A stretch of DNA of 32,000 nucleotides, taken from assembly GCF_000020025.1 (NCBI RefSeq), contig NC_010628.1:2040001-2072000 (forward strand), written 5' to 3'. The notes under the pieces are model-generated. The model did no database searches. It had not been told where the DNA came from and was given only the letters and a program-made list of their open reading frames with translations. Positions 5,554-15,311 of this stretch are shown here, in pieces. The translations under genes and the position numbers were made by a program. Position 1 is the first letter of the stretch; the number at the start of each line of letters is the position of its first letter. The DNA is from Nostoc punctiforme PCC 73102 (lineage in GTDB: Bacteria > Cyanobacteriota > Cyanobacteriia > Cyanobacteriales > Nostocaceae).

Positions 5554-8289
5554 ATGATTTTATCTACTCCTCAAGCAGTCGATACCATTGCATCTCACCA
5601 TTGGGAAGAATGGCAATTAAGTGGTGTATCTGCAAAAATAATACAGCGAAATGTGAGAACCTTATATGACTCTAGAGAAGTCGATAAAGTTCTAAATCGC
5701 AATACAAAATCCAGACAAAAACACTCGGAGCATTTAGTACCTTGCTGGATGGTTTCAGGGGTAAATCCACTGACAGGAGAAAATACATTAGAAGGCGTAC
5801 AAGCAAAACCAGATGTCTCACCATTAGGCAAAGATGGAAAAGTAAACAAGTATTTGGGAGCCGTTGGTTATGGTGCTTCTCCCTTATTTTTGGATACAGG
5901 AGTCGAGTATTGTTGGCAACAAGTCCTCGCTGACAAATCAATCCCTATAATCATTACCGAAGGAGCTAAGAAAGCAGGTGCAGGGTTAACCATCGGACTC
6001 CCAACCATATCTATACCTGGTGTATCGACTTGCCGAAAGATGGGCAGACTTCACTCATGGATAGAAGCCTTTGCTGGATTTGGAAGAACTTTCTACCTAT
6101 GTTTTGACGCTGACATATTACATAAACGTCCTGTCCAGCAATCCTTAATCAACATAGCCAGAGATTTAGCCGCGACAGGTTCAAAAGTTATGGTAATTAA
6201 ATTACCATCAATTGAACTTAAAGGCATGGATGACTTTATTGCTGCTAAGGGAGAAGAAGCTTTCAAGCAACTAATAGAAGATGCCCCAACCATTGAAGAG
6301 TGGAAGAAGGATTTAGAGGAGCAACGTAAAAACGACACAGAATATGATGACGAGGAACGCACATCAAAAGTTTACCGTGCCTACAAAATCATCAGAGATG
6401 GATGGGGCGACAATCTCCGGTTAAACCAACTAAAAAACATCATTGAACTGAACGACCAAAAAATAGAGTTGAATCAATTGCGGCTAGGTATAGCACGGGA
6501 GTTTGACATGGATGTGCAAATAGGAGATGGACAGGCGATTGTTGAGGCGATCGCATCTCAAAATGCTTACCATCCAGTAGTTGAATATCTAGATGAAGTT
6601 GCCGCTAGATATAGTACAGTTGACCCCTCAATTCTTGACAACTTAGCAACTAAATACTTCGGCACTGACGACCCACTTCATAACATTTACCTGAAAAAAA
6701 TGCTGATATCAGCCGTAGCTCGGGCCCGTCGTCCTGGATGCAAAGTTGATACCGCGTTGATCCTGGTAGGGGAACAGGGCATAAACAAATCCAGCTTTTG
6801 GCGTGAGCTTTTCGGGCGGGACTGGTTCACCGACGAACTCAGCGACGGCAACGAGAAAGACGAGCTTATGAAACTGCATAAGTTTTGGGGACTGGAAATT
6901 CCAGAAATCGAACACATGTATAAGAGAAAGGACATCAGCAGCATCAAAAAATTTATGTCTTCCAGTGTTGATGCCTTCCGCGCTCCCTACGGACTTGAGG
7001 TAAAAGAGCATCCCCGCGCTTGTGTCTTGGTCGGAACAAGTAACGAGACAGAACTTCTCAACGACCCCACAGGCAACCGACGATTTTGGATTATCCCTGT
7101 AACAGACGACATCCCAATTGATATCGAGCAGTTAGTCCGAGAGCGGGATTTAATCTGGGCATCTGCCAACGCCCTTTACGAGAAAGGATACCAGTGGTGG
7201 TTATCACCAGCCGAGTCAAAAATTCACAACGAAGCCAGCAAAGACTTCCAATCCGTTGACCCCTGGACAGATACAGTATTGGCTTACGCTCGGCAGCAAG
7301 GAGAGACAACCACCTCTGAAATTTTGAGAATAGCGCTAGGAATTGAACTCGGCAGACAGGAGATGCTTTACACCAAAAGAGTTTCAGCGATTCTCCGATC
7401 CAATGGCTGGGAGCAATATAGACAAAAAATTGGTAATAGTCGCCCCTGGGCTTGGCGATTGAAGTCATCGTCAGAAAACCAAAAAAGTTTGGGTAACAAG
7501 GCGGATCAAGGCAGATCACCCGGATCACTTTTCCAGAATTTTGAACTTGAGACTGAATTAGAAAACCAAAAAAGTTTGGGTAACAAGGCAGATCAAGGCA
7601 GATCACCTGGATCACTTCCCCAAAACCTCCAAAGTGATCCGCCTAGCACTCAACAGAGGCAGATCACACCTGAACCCTTGCAACAAGAGACTTTCGAGCA
7701 TTGTGATCCGCCCGTGATCCGCCTTGATCCGCCTACTTTACCCAACTTTTCTGAAAATAATTTTGTTGTACAAGCGGAAGGAACGACGACTGACACAGAA
7801 ACCAGAAACGAGAGCAGCGCTATCACTTGCCCAGAGAAATGCAGCTATTACAAAACATTTGAGGGTATTAAACCTTTCACATTCAAAGTAGAGTCAGACT
7901 TTGGAGCGGTTGAGGTCAGCGCCGAACCATATCACCGATTCCAAACAAGTGGTGAGAGTAAAATCTGGTTGATATTCAAGACACCGGACGGGCAGGCATT
8001 AACTAAGAGCATTAAGGCAACCCCAGATAAAAAGGTGCTGCCCAGGCTGGCTAAAGAATGTGGTGTCATTCAACAGTGGGAAGAGAAGGTAAGGAAAGAT
8101 TTCAGTTCCAAGGTTGAAAATGCAAGCTATAAATTTAAGGTGCAGATTCTCGGAGATGATGACTACGAGTGGATTGAGGGTTGCATTCTCAAAACTATGC
8201 CCAATCGCCCCTCTGTTAGCCATTTCATCTTTACAACTCCGAAGAAGACAGTTGTCACTTCTCACTTGGGCGAATTTGAGGAGATGTAG
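5554..8289 (+). CDS. replicative primase-helicase: Toprim (DUF3854-like) N-domain fused to a VirE/D5-type P-loop NTPase, plus a repeat linker and an unassigned C-terminal domain
   Basis: 911 aa, with a GGAGGG Shine-Dalgarno upstream. Toprim-like motifs are IIITEGAKKA, FDAD and GMDDF. Walker A is LVGEQGINKSS. VLVGTSNE and DPTGNRRFWIIPV are typical of the VirE/primase-helicase family. A 29-aa unit, ENQKSLGNKADQGRSPGSL, is repeated twice. Confidence 0.9.
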   Translation: MILSTPQAVDTIASHHWEEWQLSGVSAKIIQRNVRTLYDSREVDKVLNRNTKSRQKHSEHLVPCWMVSGVNPLTGENTLEGVQAKPDVSPLGKDGKVNKYLGAVGYGASPLFLDTGVEYCWQQVLADKSIPIIITEGAKKAGAGLTIGLPTISIPGVSTCRKMGRLHSWIEAFAGFGRTFYLCFDADILHKRPVQQSLINIARDLAATGSKVMVIKLPSIELKGMDDFIAAKGEEAFKQLIEDAPTIEEWKKDLEEQRKNDTEYDDEERTSKVYRAYKIIRDGWGDNLRLNQLKNIIELNDQKIELNQLRLGIAREFDMDVQIGDGQAIVEAIASQNAYHPVVEYLDEVAARYSTVDPSILDNLATKYFGTDDPLHNIYLKKMLISAVARARRPGCKVDTALILVGEQGINKSSFWRELFGRDWFTDELSDGNEKDELMKLHKFWGLEIPEIEHMYKRKDISSIKKFMSSSVDAFRAPYGLEVKEHPRACVLVGTSNETELLNDPTGNRRFWIIPVTDDIPIDIEQLVRERDLIWASANALYEKGYQWWLSPAESKIHNEASKDFQSVDPWTDTVLAYARQQGETTTSEILRIALGIELGRQEMLYTKRVSAILRSNGWEQYRQKIGNSRPWAWRLKSSSENQKSLGNKADQGRSPGSLFQNFELETELENQKSLGNKADQGRSPGSLPQNLQSDPPSTQQRQITPEPLQQETFEHCDPPVIRLDPPTLPNFSENNFVVQAEGTTTDTETRNESSAITCPEKCSYYKTFEGIKPFTFKVESDFGAVEVSAEPYHRFQTSGESKIWLIFKTPDGQALTKSIKATPDKKVLPRLAKECGVIQQWEEKVRKDFSSKVENASYKFKVQILGDDDYEWIEGCILKTMPNRPSVSHFIFTTPKKTVVTSHLGEFEEM
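7474..7733. repeat. intragenic iteron-like cluster: two 57-bp direct repeats plus 5 copies of GATCCGCC; 11 GATC sites in 226 bp
   Basis: 57-bp units at 7474-7530 and 7561-7617 are 55/57 identical. GATCCGCC occurs at 7636, 7705, 7716 and 7726, with an inverted copy (GGCGGATC) at 7501-7508. GATC sites are at 7504, 7514, 7523, 7591, 7601, 7610, 7636, 7662, 7705, 7716 and 7726. Confidence 0.8.
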
Positions 8290-8665
8290 GCAGGCATAGT
8301 AAAACGCGATCGCCCTTGTACCTTGAGCGATCGCGCCGAATAGCTTTGAATACGACCTTCAGGGCATTCGCTCTAGAAGTGTTTGTCACTGCGATCGTTT
8401 TTAAAGATTGTATAAATTATTTTATTAGCAGATTCAGTACAGATACTTATATTATCTGGACTGAATTTCCGATGACTTCTTGTTTTGCCTGTCTCCAGGG
8501 TTAAATAGGTATACTTTTTAGCTTTCAAATATTCAATATCACTGTAATTTAGTCATAGCAACACATACGGTAAGTGAAACTACTTCCTCTTTTACATAAA
8601 AGTGGAACATTTACAGAAAATTAGAACCCGCATACAAAGGATTTATTCACTTATCAATCCGTTGT

Positions 8666-9007
8666 ATGACCACAGAACCTACACTAGTTCAAATTTTTGG
8701 GGCAGGGGCTGTCCAAGACAGTGCCAGCTTAACTATTCAAAAAGCAGCGTTGACTGCTGTAGGTTTGACAGCTAGCTCAAACAATAGTGCTGAATCATTG
8801 CTAATTGCACTTTTACTCGTAGCTAAAGAAAACCTGACACCAGAAAATCACGATATTAATCTCGATCAATCGGTGACAATCACTAATGGGGTTATCCCAT
8901 CATTTGTGGCACGCGGGACAAGCCAAATCCAATATCGCCAAGATACTTTTACCGTAGCTGTTGAAAAACCAGAAGGTTTAATAGTTATTGACCCAGATGA
9001 TTATTAA
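8666..9007 (+). CDS. paralog family member 1 (113 aa), unknown function
   Basis: Shares the pattern IFGA.A.Q....L.I.KA.L..VGLTAS..N.AE.LL.A.LL.AK..LT and the C-terminal DPDDY with the 10534-10866 product. The N-terminal half also matches the 9007-9375 product. Confidence 0.75.
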   Translation: MTTEPTLVQIFGAGAVQDSASLTIQKAALTAVGLTASSNNSAESLLIALLLVAKENLTPENHDINLDQSVTITNGVIPSFVARGTSQIQYRQDTFTVAVEKPEGLIVIDPDDY

Positions 9008-9375
9008 TGGCTTTTTCAATTTTAAATCTTCAACAAATCTTTGGGGAGAATGCCACACAGGATATTGACACTTTGATAATTAAAAAAAGTGACCTTATTG
9101 GGCTGACAGCTTCTCCTTCAAACACGGCTGAATCTTTATTAGTTGCCATTCTACTACGCGCTAGTTATGCTTTTGAAGGAAGTATCGGGGATGAGCATGG
9201 CAATAAATTATCTGATGAGCATGGCAACTCAATCGGCTACAGCTATAGAACATTTTATGAGTTTCTTAATGTTTTTATTTGGGAGCCAAAATATGTTGTT
9301 AGGGATGAAAATCAACTTTTTATAAAGGACACAATCGTTGCCGAATCCTATTCAAATCTCCCAGCTTGGGAGTGA
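9007..9375 (+). CDS. paralog family member 2 (122 aa), divergent C-terminal half
   Basis: TAATG stop/start overlap with the upstream gene. N-terminus QQIFGENATQDIDTLIIKKSDLIGLTASPSNTAESLLVAILL aligns with members 1 and 3. Contains an internal DEHGN x2 repeat. Confidence 0.7.
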   Translation: MAFSILNLQQIFGENATQDIDTLIIKKSDLIGLTASPSNTAESLLVAILLRASYAFEGSIGDEHGNKLSDEHGNSIGYSYRTFYEFLNVFIWEPKYVVRDENQLFIKDTIVAESYSNLPAWE

Positions 9376-9952
9376 AAAATTACAACCTGATGACACTGAT
9401 TTAATACCCATTCAGCAGGCTGATGGTATTACCAGACATATATCAAAAGAAAATCTGTTTGCTAATTATGCCCCAATATCACAAGCGCCCTCCGGCTCTC
9501 AATACATTCACTTGCAACATACAGTAGCTAGCGGACAGGGAAGTGGAGGTAAACAAAGCGTTCAGTGGACAGCTAGACCAATCAATACAATCAAGTTCGA
9601 TCAGACTGGTTTGGCGCTACTGAGTAATAACACTATTACCCTCCCTGCGGGGATTTATGTTTGTGACGCTGTAGGGCAGTTTTATGATTGTGGACTTATC
9701 AAGACAAGATTGCAAGATGTCACAAACGATGCAACATTAGGGCGTGGTTATTTTACCTACACTAATTGGGGTAGTATGATGTACCTCATTCCCTTAAAAG
9801 CCATATTCACTTTAGCTCAAAGTACTGATATTCAATTACAGTATTTTCAGGCTGGAGGTAATTACGACGGTACTTATAACATGGGTGCGCCGTGGTCTTA
9901 TCCAGGCGTACCGGAAGTTTTCGCAGATATTATATTAGCGAAAATAGGATAG
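9338..9952 (+). CDS. fibre/receptor-binding-like protein (204 aa, TTG start)
   Basis: The N-terminus IQISQLGSEKLQPDDTDLIPIQQADGITRHISKENL resembles the conserved N-terminal anchor of many phage tail-fibre/spike proteins. The C-terminal beta-rich part (ITLPAGIYVCDAVGQF...) is reminiscent of C1q/TNF-like fibre heads. Recognition is by pattern only. Confidence 0.6.
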   Translation: MPNPIQISQLGSEKLQPDDTDLIPIQQADGITRHISKENLFANYAPISQAPSGSQYIHLQHTVASGQGSGGKQSVQWTARPINTIKFDQTGLALLSNNTITLPAGIYVCDAVGQFYDCGLIKTRLQDVTNDATLGRGYFTYTNWGSMMYLIPLKAIFTLAQSTDIQLQYFQAGGNYDGTYNMGAPWSYPGVPEVFADIILAKIG

Positions 9953-9956
9953 TTCT

Positions 9957-10532
9957 ATGAGTTATTGTTTGGTTGATGACACTGCCGCATTACTTACCTA
10001 TACTGACGGCGACAATATTACCAAATCAGTAAAGTTTGTGGGTGCTATGCCGATAGATGTAGAAGTTAACAACATTAACAAAGAACACTTTTTTAGTAGT
10101 GGCAACGCTCCACTAAACCACTTTGCACCAGGCAGCATAACAGCAGTATCTTGTATTGGTAATTTTAGACAAATTGCCAGCAACCCATCTACAGAACTGC
10201 CATGTACTTATATTTTGGATAATGCTTTGATTACTGATAATCGCATTACAGCAGAGTATGACAGTCTCTATAGTGATAATAGCGGCGACATGGATTTTAC
10301 AGTTTCTTATATTTCAACCGAAAATATTATTCGTGCATTTCGTAATGGAGAAATAATTTATAAGGATGTTAGAAAAGCTCCCATTACTTTTAAGGTTGAT
10401 TGTATTAAAGATTCTTGTCCTGATGGATATTTAAAGTGTGAATCCGATAATTATCCCGGATACTGCTGCATTTCCTGCTCCGAACTTAAATCAACTATTG
10501 CAAATATAACTGCTTCTGTGAGGAATAAATAA
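9957..10532 (+). CDS. hypothetical protein with Cys-rich C-terminus (191 aa)
   Basis: ORF 4 nt after the previous stop. The C-terminus DCIKDSCPDGYLKCESDNYPGYCCISCSE has 7 Cys in about 30 aa. Confidence 0.65.
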   Translation: MSYCLVDDTAALLTYTDGDNITKSVKFVGAMPIDVEVNNINKEHFFSSGNAPLNHFAPGSITAVSCIGNFRQIASNPSTELPCTYILDNALITDNRITAEYDSLYSDNSGDMDFTVSYISTENIIRAFRNGEIIYKDVRKAPITFKVDCIKDSCPDGYLKCESDNYPGYCCISCSELKSTIANITASVRNK

Positions 10533-10533
10533 T

Positions 10534-10866
10534 ATGTCCGGTCAATCTTTAGCTTCTGTTTTAGGAGCAAATGCAACTCAAACTAGTTCTACAGTAACAA
10601 TTAGCAAGGCTGACCTCGCATCTGTAGGATTAACTGCCAGTGGAGCCAATGATGGTGAAGCAATATTTGCAGCAATAGTTTTATTAGCGAAACAATATCT
10701 GACAAGTTCTAACCAAGTTGCAATTCCGGCAATTCAAACAATTATTAATGATGTAGCCCAACCATCCTATGTAACTCGCAATGGGCAACTTTATAAGCGA
10801 GATAGCATGACTATTGCCTTTGATAAAGCAACTACAAATCCAGTACTAGACCCAGACGATTATTAA
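10534..10866 (+). CDS. paralog family member 3 (110 aa)
   Basis: Starts 1 nt after the previous stop. Aligns over its full length with the 8666-9007 product, including the terminal DPDDY. Confidence 0.75.
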   Translation: MSGQSLASVLGANATQTSSTVTISKADLASVGLTASGANDGEAIFAAIVLLAKQYLTSSNQVAIPAIQTIINDVAQPSYVTRNGQLYKRDSMTIAFDKATTNPVLDPDDY

Positions 10867-10871
10867 TATTT

Positions 10872-13787
10872 ATGGCTGATTGTTGTTCTCAGATAAGTTC
10901 CCAATTGTCAGCGTTGCAAGCAGCAGTTGCAAATATTAAAGGAGTTAATGAAGATGCAATTGTGCAACGAGTTTTAGGTATTGTTCAGCCGCAAATTAAT
11001 TCTTTAAAATCTCAAGTGGCTGATGTTTACCGTCAAATAGCCCAAGACGCGATCCAAATTGGGAATCTTGAAAGCGAGTTGCACGATTTAGAAGCAAAAT
11101 TAATTGCTTTTGGGGCGGCAATTGCTGGATTAGTAGCCATTGCCGCCGCGCCGCTCATTGCCGCAGCACTTGAAGGTGTGTTTGCAGCGATCGCTGCTTT
11201 AGGGGCTGAAGTCGCTGCTGCTGTGGCATCGGCTGCTGGTCTTCAGGCTGAGATCGTTGTTTTAGAAGCTGAAATTGTGGGAATTGGGGCGACTGCTGGA
11301 AGCGCCCTAGCCCTAGCTACTGCTGCACAAGGCGAAATAGTCGTTTTAGAAGCTGAAATTGTGGGAATTGGGGCGACTGCTGGAAGTGCCTTAGCCCTAG
11401 CTGGAGCTGCTGAAGGTACGGCTGGAACCGCGCTAGCCCTAGCTGGAACTGCTGAAGGTACGGCTGGAACTGCGCTAGCCTTAGCTGGAACTGCTGAAGC
11501 GACGGCTAACTCTGCATTAGGAGCAGCGTTACCAGCATTAACACTGGCCCAAAAAGCAGACTTAACAGCAGATTCGGCATTAGGCTTGGCTGTAGCAGCT
11601 GAAGGAACGGCTGGATCAGCTTTATCAATTGCCGAAATTGCTCAAATTCTTGCTGGCACTGCTGAAGAGACAGCTATTGCAGCAGGCTCTACGGCATCAA
11701 CTGCTTTATTTACGGCTGAAACAGCTATGGCTGAATTGCAGCCAATAGCAGCACAAGTAGAAGCTCAACAGGTGGAGCTTGCATTTTTAGAACCACAAGT
11801 AAAAGTGGCCCTCAATTTGGGAACTGTAGCCGAAGGGGAAGCCGCCGCCGCTCTTGCTGCTGCTGAACTTGCCGAAGGTACAGCAGCGACAGCGCTTCAA
11901 CTTGGCACTGTAGCTGAAGGGGAAGCCGCCGCCGCTCTCGCTACAGCAGAACTTGCGTTAGCGACAGCAGAAACATCACTTGCTAAACCAATTATTCCAG
12001 GCCCTCCAGGACTTCCAGGAGAGCCAGGGGCACAAGGTGAGCCAGGGGCACAGGGAGAGCCAGGGCCACAAGGGGAACCGGGAATTCCATTGCCTCCATT
12101 GCAAGGACTTCCAGGAGAACCAGGGCCGCAAGGTGAGCCTGGCCCACAGGGAGAGCCAGGACCACAAGGGGAACCGGGAATTCCATTGCCTCCATTGCAA
12201 GGACTTCCAGGAGAGCCAGGACCACAAGGAGAACCTGGCCCACAGGGAGAACCTGGCCCACAGGGAGAGCCAGGGCCACAAGGGGAACCGGGAATTCCAT
12301 TGCCTCCATTGCAAGGACTTCCAGGAGAGCCAGGGCCGCAAGGAGAACCTGGCCCACAGGGAGAGCCAGGGCCACAAGGGGAACCGGGAATCCCATTGCC
12401 TCCATTGCAAGGACTTCCAGGAGAGCCAGGGCCGCAAGGAGAACCTGGCCCACAGGGAGAGCCAGGGCCACAAGGGGAACCGGGAATCCCATTGCCTCCA
12501 TTGCAAGGACTTCCAGGAGAACCAGGGCCGCAAGGTGAGCCTGGCCCACAAGGAGAACCAGGGACACCAGGAGAAGTAAACGTGACACCAGAAGAAATTA
12601 CTACTGCAATAACGGCTGGAATAGCAGCAAACTTTCCTCCGATCGCAGGCGAAATATTCTCACATAATTGTGTGACTAATCAAACTGAAACTTACCCTTA
12701 TGGAGGTTTGGGGCTGTATGGATTACAAGCACAAATTCAGCAGGTTAGTAATCAATTAGAATCAGTCAGCAAAACAATTTGCAGGACTTACAGAATTATG
12801 GGTGGTAATGACTGGTTTGAAGGAGAAAATCTTAATCTAAGATTTAATCCAGAACAAACTATAAAATCACAAATAAAAAGTTGTTACCAAGAATCTGCAA
12901 CGCCTCAAGCTGATATTACACCTCAAACAGTTCAAGTTCAGAACTTGCCACAAATGCTTTATAGCCTTCAAGCTGTGACGTGGCGTAGAGAGGGGTTACA
13001 TAAATTACCTATTAATGCGGCTCCTAGCCTGATGCCAAATATTACTCGTAATCCAGCAACAGGGGATATTTTAAATATTAGAGATTGGCAACCTCAAGAA
13101 TATCAAAAAATATCTGATAGCGTCAGTTTTAATGCTTATCAGCTAGGTCAATTCAAAGCTTTTATGGGTGAATTCCCACTTACTATTACTATTAATACGG
13201 AGGAAGGAGAAAAACAGATTTATATGGACAATGTGAGTGATGCCCTAGCAGAATTAGCAGGTATTAGTTTGCTAACGCATAATGATTTAGAAATTAATAC
13301 TCAGTTAGGAGTAAAAACCTTAATTGAAGTAGGAGCAACAAAAAATTCATCACTCATTACTCAAGACATAGCTTTTGCTAATGCTAAATATTTGGGATAT
13401 CAGCTTAACAAGGTTCCTAAATCAGTTAAAACTCTATTTACACCAGGTGAACAAGATATCAAAGCCTTCCTTAAAGAATCAGATCAGCAAATAATTACCT
13501 ACACACACAGAAACGGGCATCTAGAACATAAACTCAATACCTTGCTAATTAGCGCTGGCATCACTAAAGCTGCACTAACTGGTTTTGCGGCTCCAGGTGA
13601 TGATGTTATGGGGAGCATAATCGCTAAATCTGCACTAGGCCAATTTACAGAAAATGCTGATGATTGGAGGAAGTTTTTAGAGTTACTTAATTCTCCACCT
13701 GGTGACATGAAAATTGATGGTATTCCTCAGCTTGTCATTGAAGACATTACCGCTAGAGTTCAAGAACACTTAAGCAAACTAACATGA
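10872..13787 (+). CDS. 971-aa fibre protein: Ala-rich helical repeat region, interrupted collagen-like (G-X-Y) region, globular C-terminal domain
   Basis: The N-terminal third has repeats such as [19 protein letters not shown] x2 and [14 protein letters not shown] x2-3. Positions 12000-12578 encode GEPGPQ-type triplets in six blocks separated by five IPLPPLQ interruptions. About 400 aa of non-repetitive C-terminus follow. Confidence 0.9.
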   Translation: MADCCSQISSQLSALQAAVANIKGVNEDAIVQRVLGIVQPQINSLKSQVADVYRQIAQDAIQIGNLESELHDLEAKLIAFGAAIAGLVAIAAAPLIAAALEGVFAAIAALGAEVAAAVASAAGLQAEIVVLEAEIVGIGATAGSALALATAAQGEIVVLEAEIVGIGATAGSALALAGAAEGTAGTALALAGTAEGTAGTALALAGTAEATANSALGAALPALTLAQKADLTADSALGLAVAAEGTAGSALSIAEIAQILAGTAEETAIAAGSTASTALFTAETAMAELQPIAAQVEAQQVELAFLEPQVKVALNLGTVAEGEAAAALAAAELAEGTAATALQLGTVAEGEAAAALATAELALATAETSLAKPIIPGPPGLPGEPGAQGEPGAQGEPGPQGEPGIPLPPLQGLPGEPGPQGEPGPQGEPGPQGEPGIPLPPLQGLPGEPGPQGEPGPQGEPGPQGEPGPQGEPGIPLPPLQGLPGEPGPQGEPGPQGEPGPQGEPGIPLPPLQGLPGEPGPQGEPGPQGEPGPQGEPGIPLPPLQGLPGEPGPQGEPGPQGEPGTPGEVNVTPEEITTAITAGIAANFPPIAGEIFSHNCVTNQTETYPYGGLGLYGLQAQIQQVSNQLESVSKTICRTYRIMGGNDWFEGENLNLRFNPEQTIKSQIKSCYQESATPQADITPQTVQVQNLPQMLYSLQAVTWRREGLHKLPINAAPSLMPNITRNPATGDILNIRDWQPQEYQKISDSVSFNAYQLGQFKAFMGEFPLTITINTEEGEKQIYMDNVSDALAELAGISLLTHNDLEINTQLGVKTLIEVGATKNSSLITQDIAFANAKYLGYQLNKVPKSVKTLFTPGEQDIKAFLKESDQQIITYTHRNGHLEHKLNTLLISAGITKAALTGFAAPGDDVMGSIIAKSALGQFTENADDWRKFLELLNSPPGDMKIDGIPQLVIEDITARVQEHLSKLT
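11250..11402 (+). repeat. two 69-bp near-identical direct repeats (84-bp period) inside the fibre gene
   Basis: Positions 11250-11318 and 11334-11402 both encode [23 protein letters not shown]. Confidence 0.8.
12000..12578 (+). repeat. collagen-like coding tandem repeats (93-111 bp units)
   Basis: Near-identical DNA units encode [32 protein letters not shown]. They also create long spurious ORFs in other frames and on the opposite strand. Confidence 0.9.
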
Positions 13788-14665
13788 AAATTAATCCAGA
13801 TGGCAGCATTGATTTAGAACCTGGTAAAGATTATGTGCAAGTAGGTCAAACTACTCAATATCACGGTGCAAACCGTTGGTACAAAAAGCGTACATTCTCT
13901 AGCCAGTATGCTGAATCATCTGGAAGTGATGGGAAAACTTTACTAGGTAAATTGTTAGGCGGACTTAAAAGATTAGGTGGTTTCGCTCTCTCAATTGCTA
14001 ATGCTTTAGGAATCCAAATTAGTTGGACTTCATTATGGCAATTCTGCCAAATGACATCTTATACAATTTATAACTTTGATTGGAATCAGTCAGATGAACA
14101 ACTAAAAAGTCAAATTGAAGCTATTAATGGGATGATAGCTAATCTTGCAGGCTATATATTAGGTGATGTATCTATTCGTGTGGTAACAGTTGCAGTTATC
14201 GATGGGGTTCCCATCCGCTACCCAATAATTCCAGCAAGATTAGCTGTAGAGATTGCTAGAGAGAAAATTGCTGTTATTAAAGGAGACATCAAACATACAG
14301 CAGGTAAAAATATTGAAAATCAATTTAAATTTGGTATTCAATTAATTGGTCAATTAGGAGCGCAAAACCTTTTTTATCAATCAATTTTATCGCTTCGTAG
14401 CTTAAAAGCATTCGGTTTAGAACCAGTAGAAAAATCTGGTGAACGTTGGTCATTTGCAACAGAAGTTGACAAAAGAATTCAAAGTATTAAACCAAAAGTT
14501 CTTCAAGAGTTTGTTAAAGGATATCTTGGAGGGTTAGAAAATGCGTTTTGGGATCAGGGATATATCTTATCTATGGGATTAGATGATATTTGGGCAATGG
14601 ACGATTTAAGACACGAAGTAAACGACGGCGACCAAAAAGCTGTACGTATTAACCCAGATCCATAA
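13784..14665 (+). CDS. hypothetical protein (293 aa)
   Basis: ATGA start/stop overlap with the fibre gene. Contains a Gly/hydrophobic segment, [29 protein letters not shown]. No family recognised. Confidence 0.75.
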   Translation: MKINPDGSIDLEPGKDYVQVGQTTQYHGANRWYKKRTFSSQYAESSGSDGKTLLGKLLGGLKRLGGFALSIANALGIQISWTSLWQFCQMTSYTIYNFDWNQSDEQLKSQIEAINGMIANLAGYILGDVSIRVVTVAVIDGVPIRYPIIPARLAVEIAREKIAVIKGDIKHTAGKNIENQFKFGIQLIGQLGAQNLFYQSILSLRSLKAFGLEPVEKSGERWSFATEVDKRIQSIKPKVLQEFVKGYLGGLENAFWDQGYILSMGLDDIWAMDDLRHEVNDGDQKAVRINPDP

Positions 14666-14666
14666 C

Positions 14667-15311
14667 ATGACAGGATTAGTAAAATCTCAAGGTGATATTG
14701 TAATTTTCGGTAGGCAGCGAGATATAAAGCTAGCTATTCTTCAGGCTATTTCTGCTCAACGCCAAATCTGGAATAAAGATGTAGGGCAAATTGTGGGGAT
14801 GCCCACCGAAGATTTACCACGAGCCAAGCACATGGATCGGAAGCTTGTGGTACTTTTTAAATCTGTAGAAAAACCACCTTGGCGAATTAATGGGATTAAC
14901 CCTAAAAGTGTGGATTACAGTATTCCAGATTGTAAACAAGGGCTAACATACGAACAAATAAAAGAAATATGCCGCGCTTTTACTTGGGGCAAATTTCGCT
15001 GTACGGCTTTTTTAGACAATGCCCGACAGATGGCAGTATATGCGGCATCAAAGGAAGAAGCTGAGGAAGTAATGCAACGGCTTGTGACCCTTTCAACTGC
15101 TCAGATTATTCGTCTCAGTGTGACTGAAGAAATTAAGGTTAATGTCAACCAGATTAAAATAGCAACTCGCGTTTACCCTTGTTATGCAACCTTGGTTACT
15201 GAACCAACTGATATTTTAGGCGTACCTGTTGGGGGAAAACAAGCTTATAAACGGAGACGACGCAGGCTTGACCTTTACCGACAACCAACTGATTTATCAC
15301 CACTGGGTTAG
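14667..15311 (+). CDS. hypothetical protein (214 aa) with basic C-terminal patch (KRRRRR)
   Basis: Starts 1 nt after the previous stop. No family recognised. Confidence 0.7.
   Translation: MTGLVKSQGDIVIFGRQRDIKLAILQAISAQRQIWNKDVGQIVGMPTEDLPRAKHMDRKLVVLFKSVEKPPWRINGINPKSVDYSIPDCKQGLTYEQIKEICRAFTWGKFRCTAFLDNARQMAVYAASKEEAEEVMQRLVTLSTAQIIRLSVTEEIKVNVNQIKIATRVYPCYATLVTEPTDILGVPVGGKQAYKRRRRRLDLYRQPTDLSPLG

Noticed and set aside
3890-7733. Repeat arrays checked as possible CRISPR
   Set aside because: The repeat units are 7 bp tandem, or 57 bp inside a coding region. There is no 25-40-bp repeat/spacer alternation, and no cas genes are present.
5595-8299. Multiple 60-174-aa ORFs on both strands within the primase-helicase gene
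   Set aside because: These are shadow ORFs. The 911-aa frame carries the Toprim and VirE-type motifs throughout.
8316-8504. 62-aa plus-strand ORF after the primase gene
   Set aside because: It lies in AT-rich intergenic DNA, has implausible composition, and has no coupling to neighbours.
11976-12588. Three long ORFs (191-199 aa) in other frames and on the opposite strand across the collagen-like repeats
   Set aside because: They are by-products of the GC-rich periodic G-X-Y coding repeat. Their sequences are low-complexity ([10 protein letters not shown].., [10 protein letters not shown]..) and lie entirely inside the 971-aa ORF.
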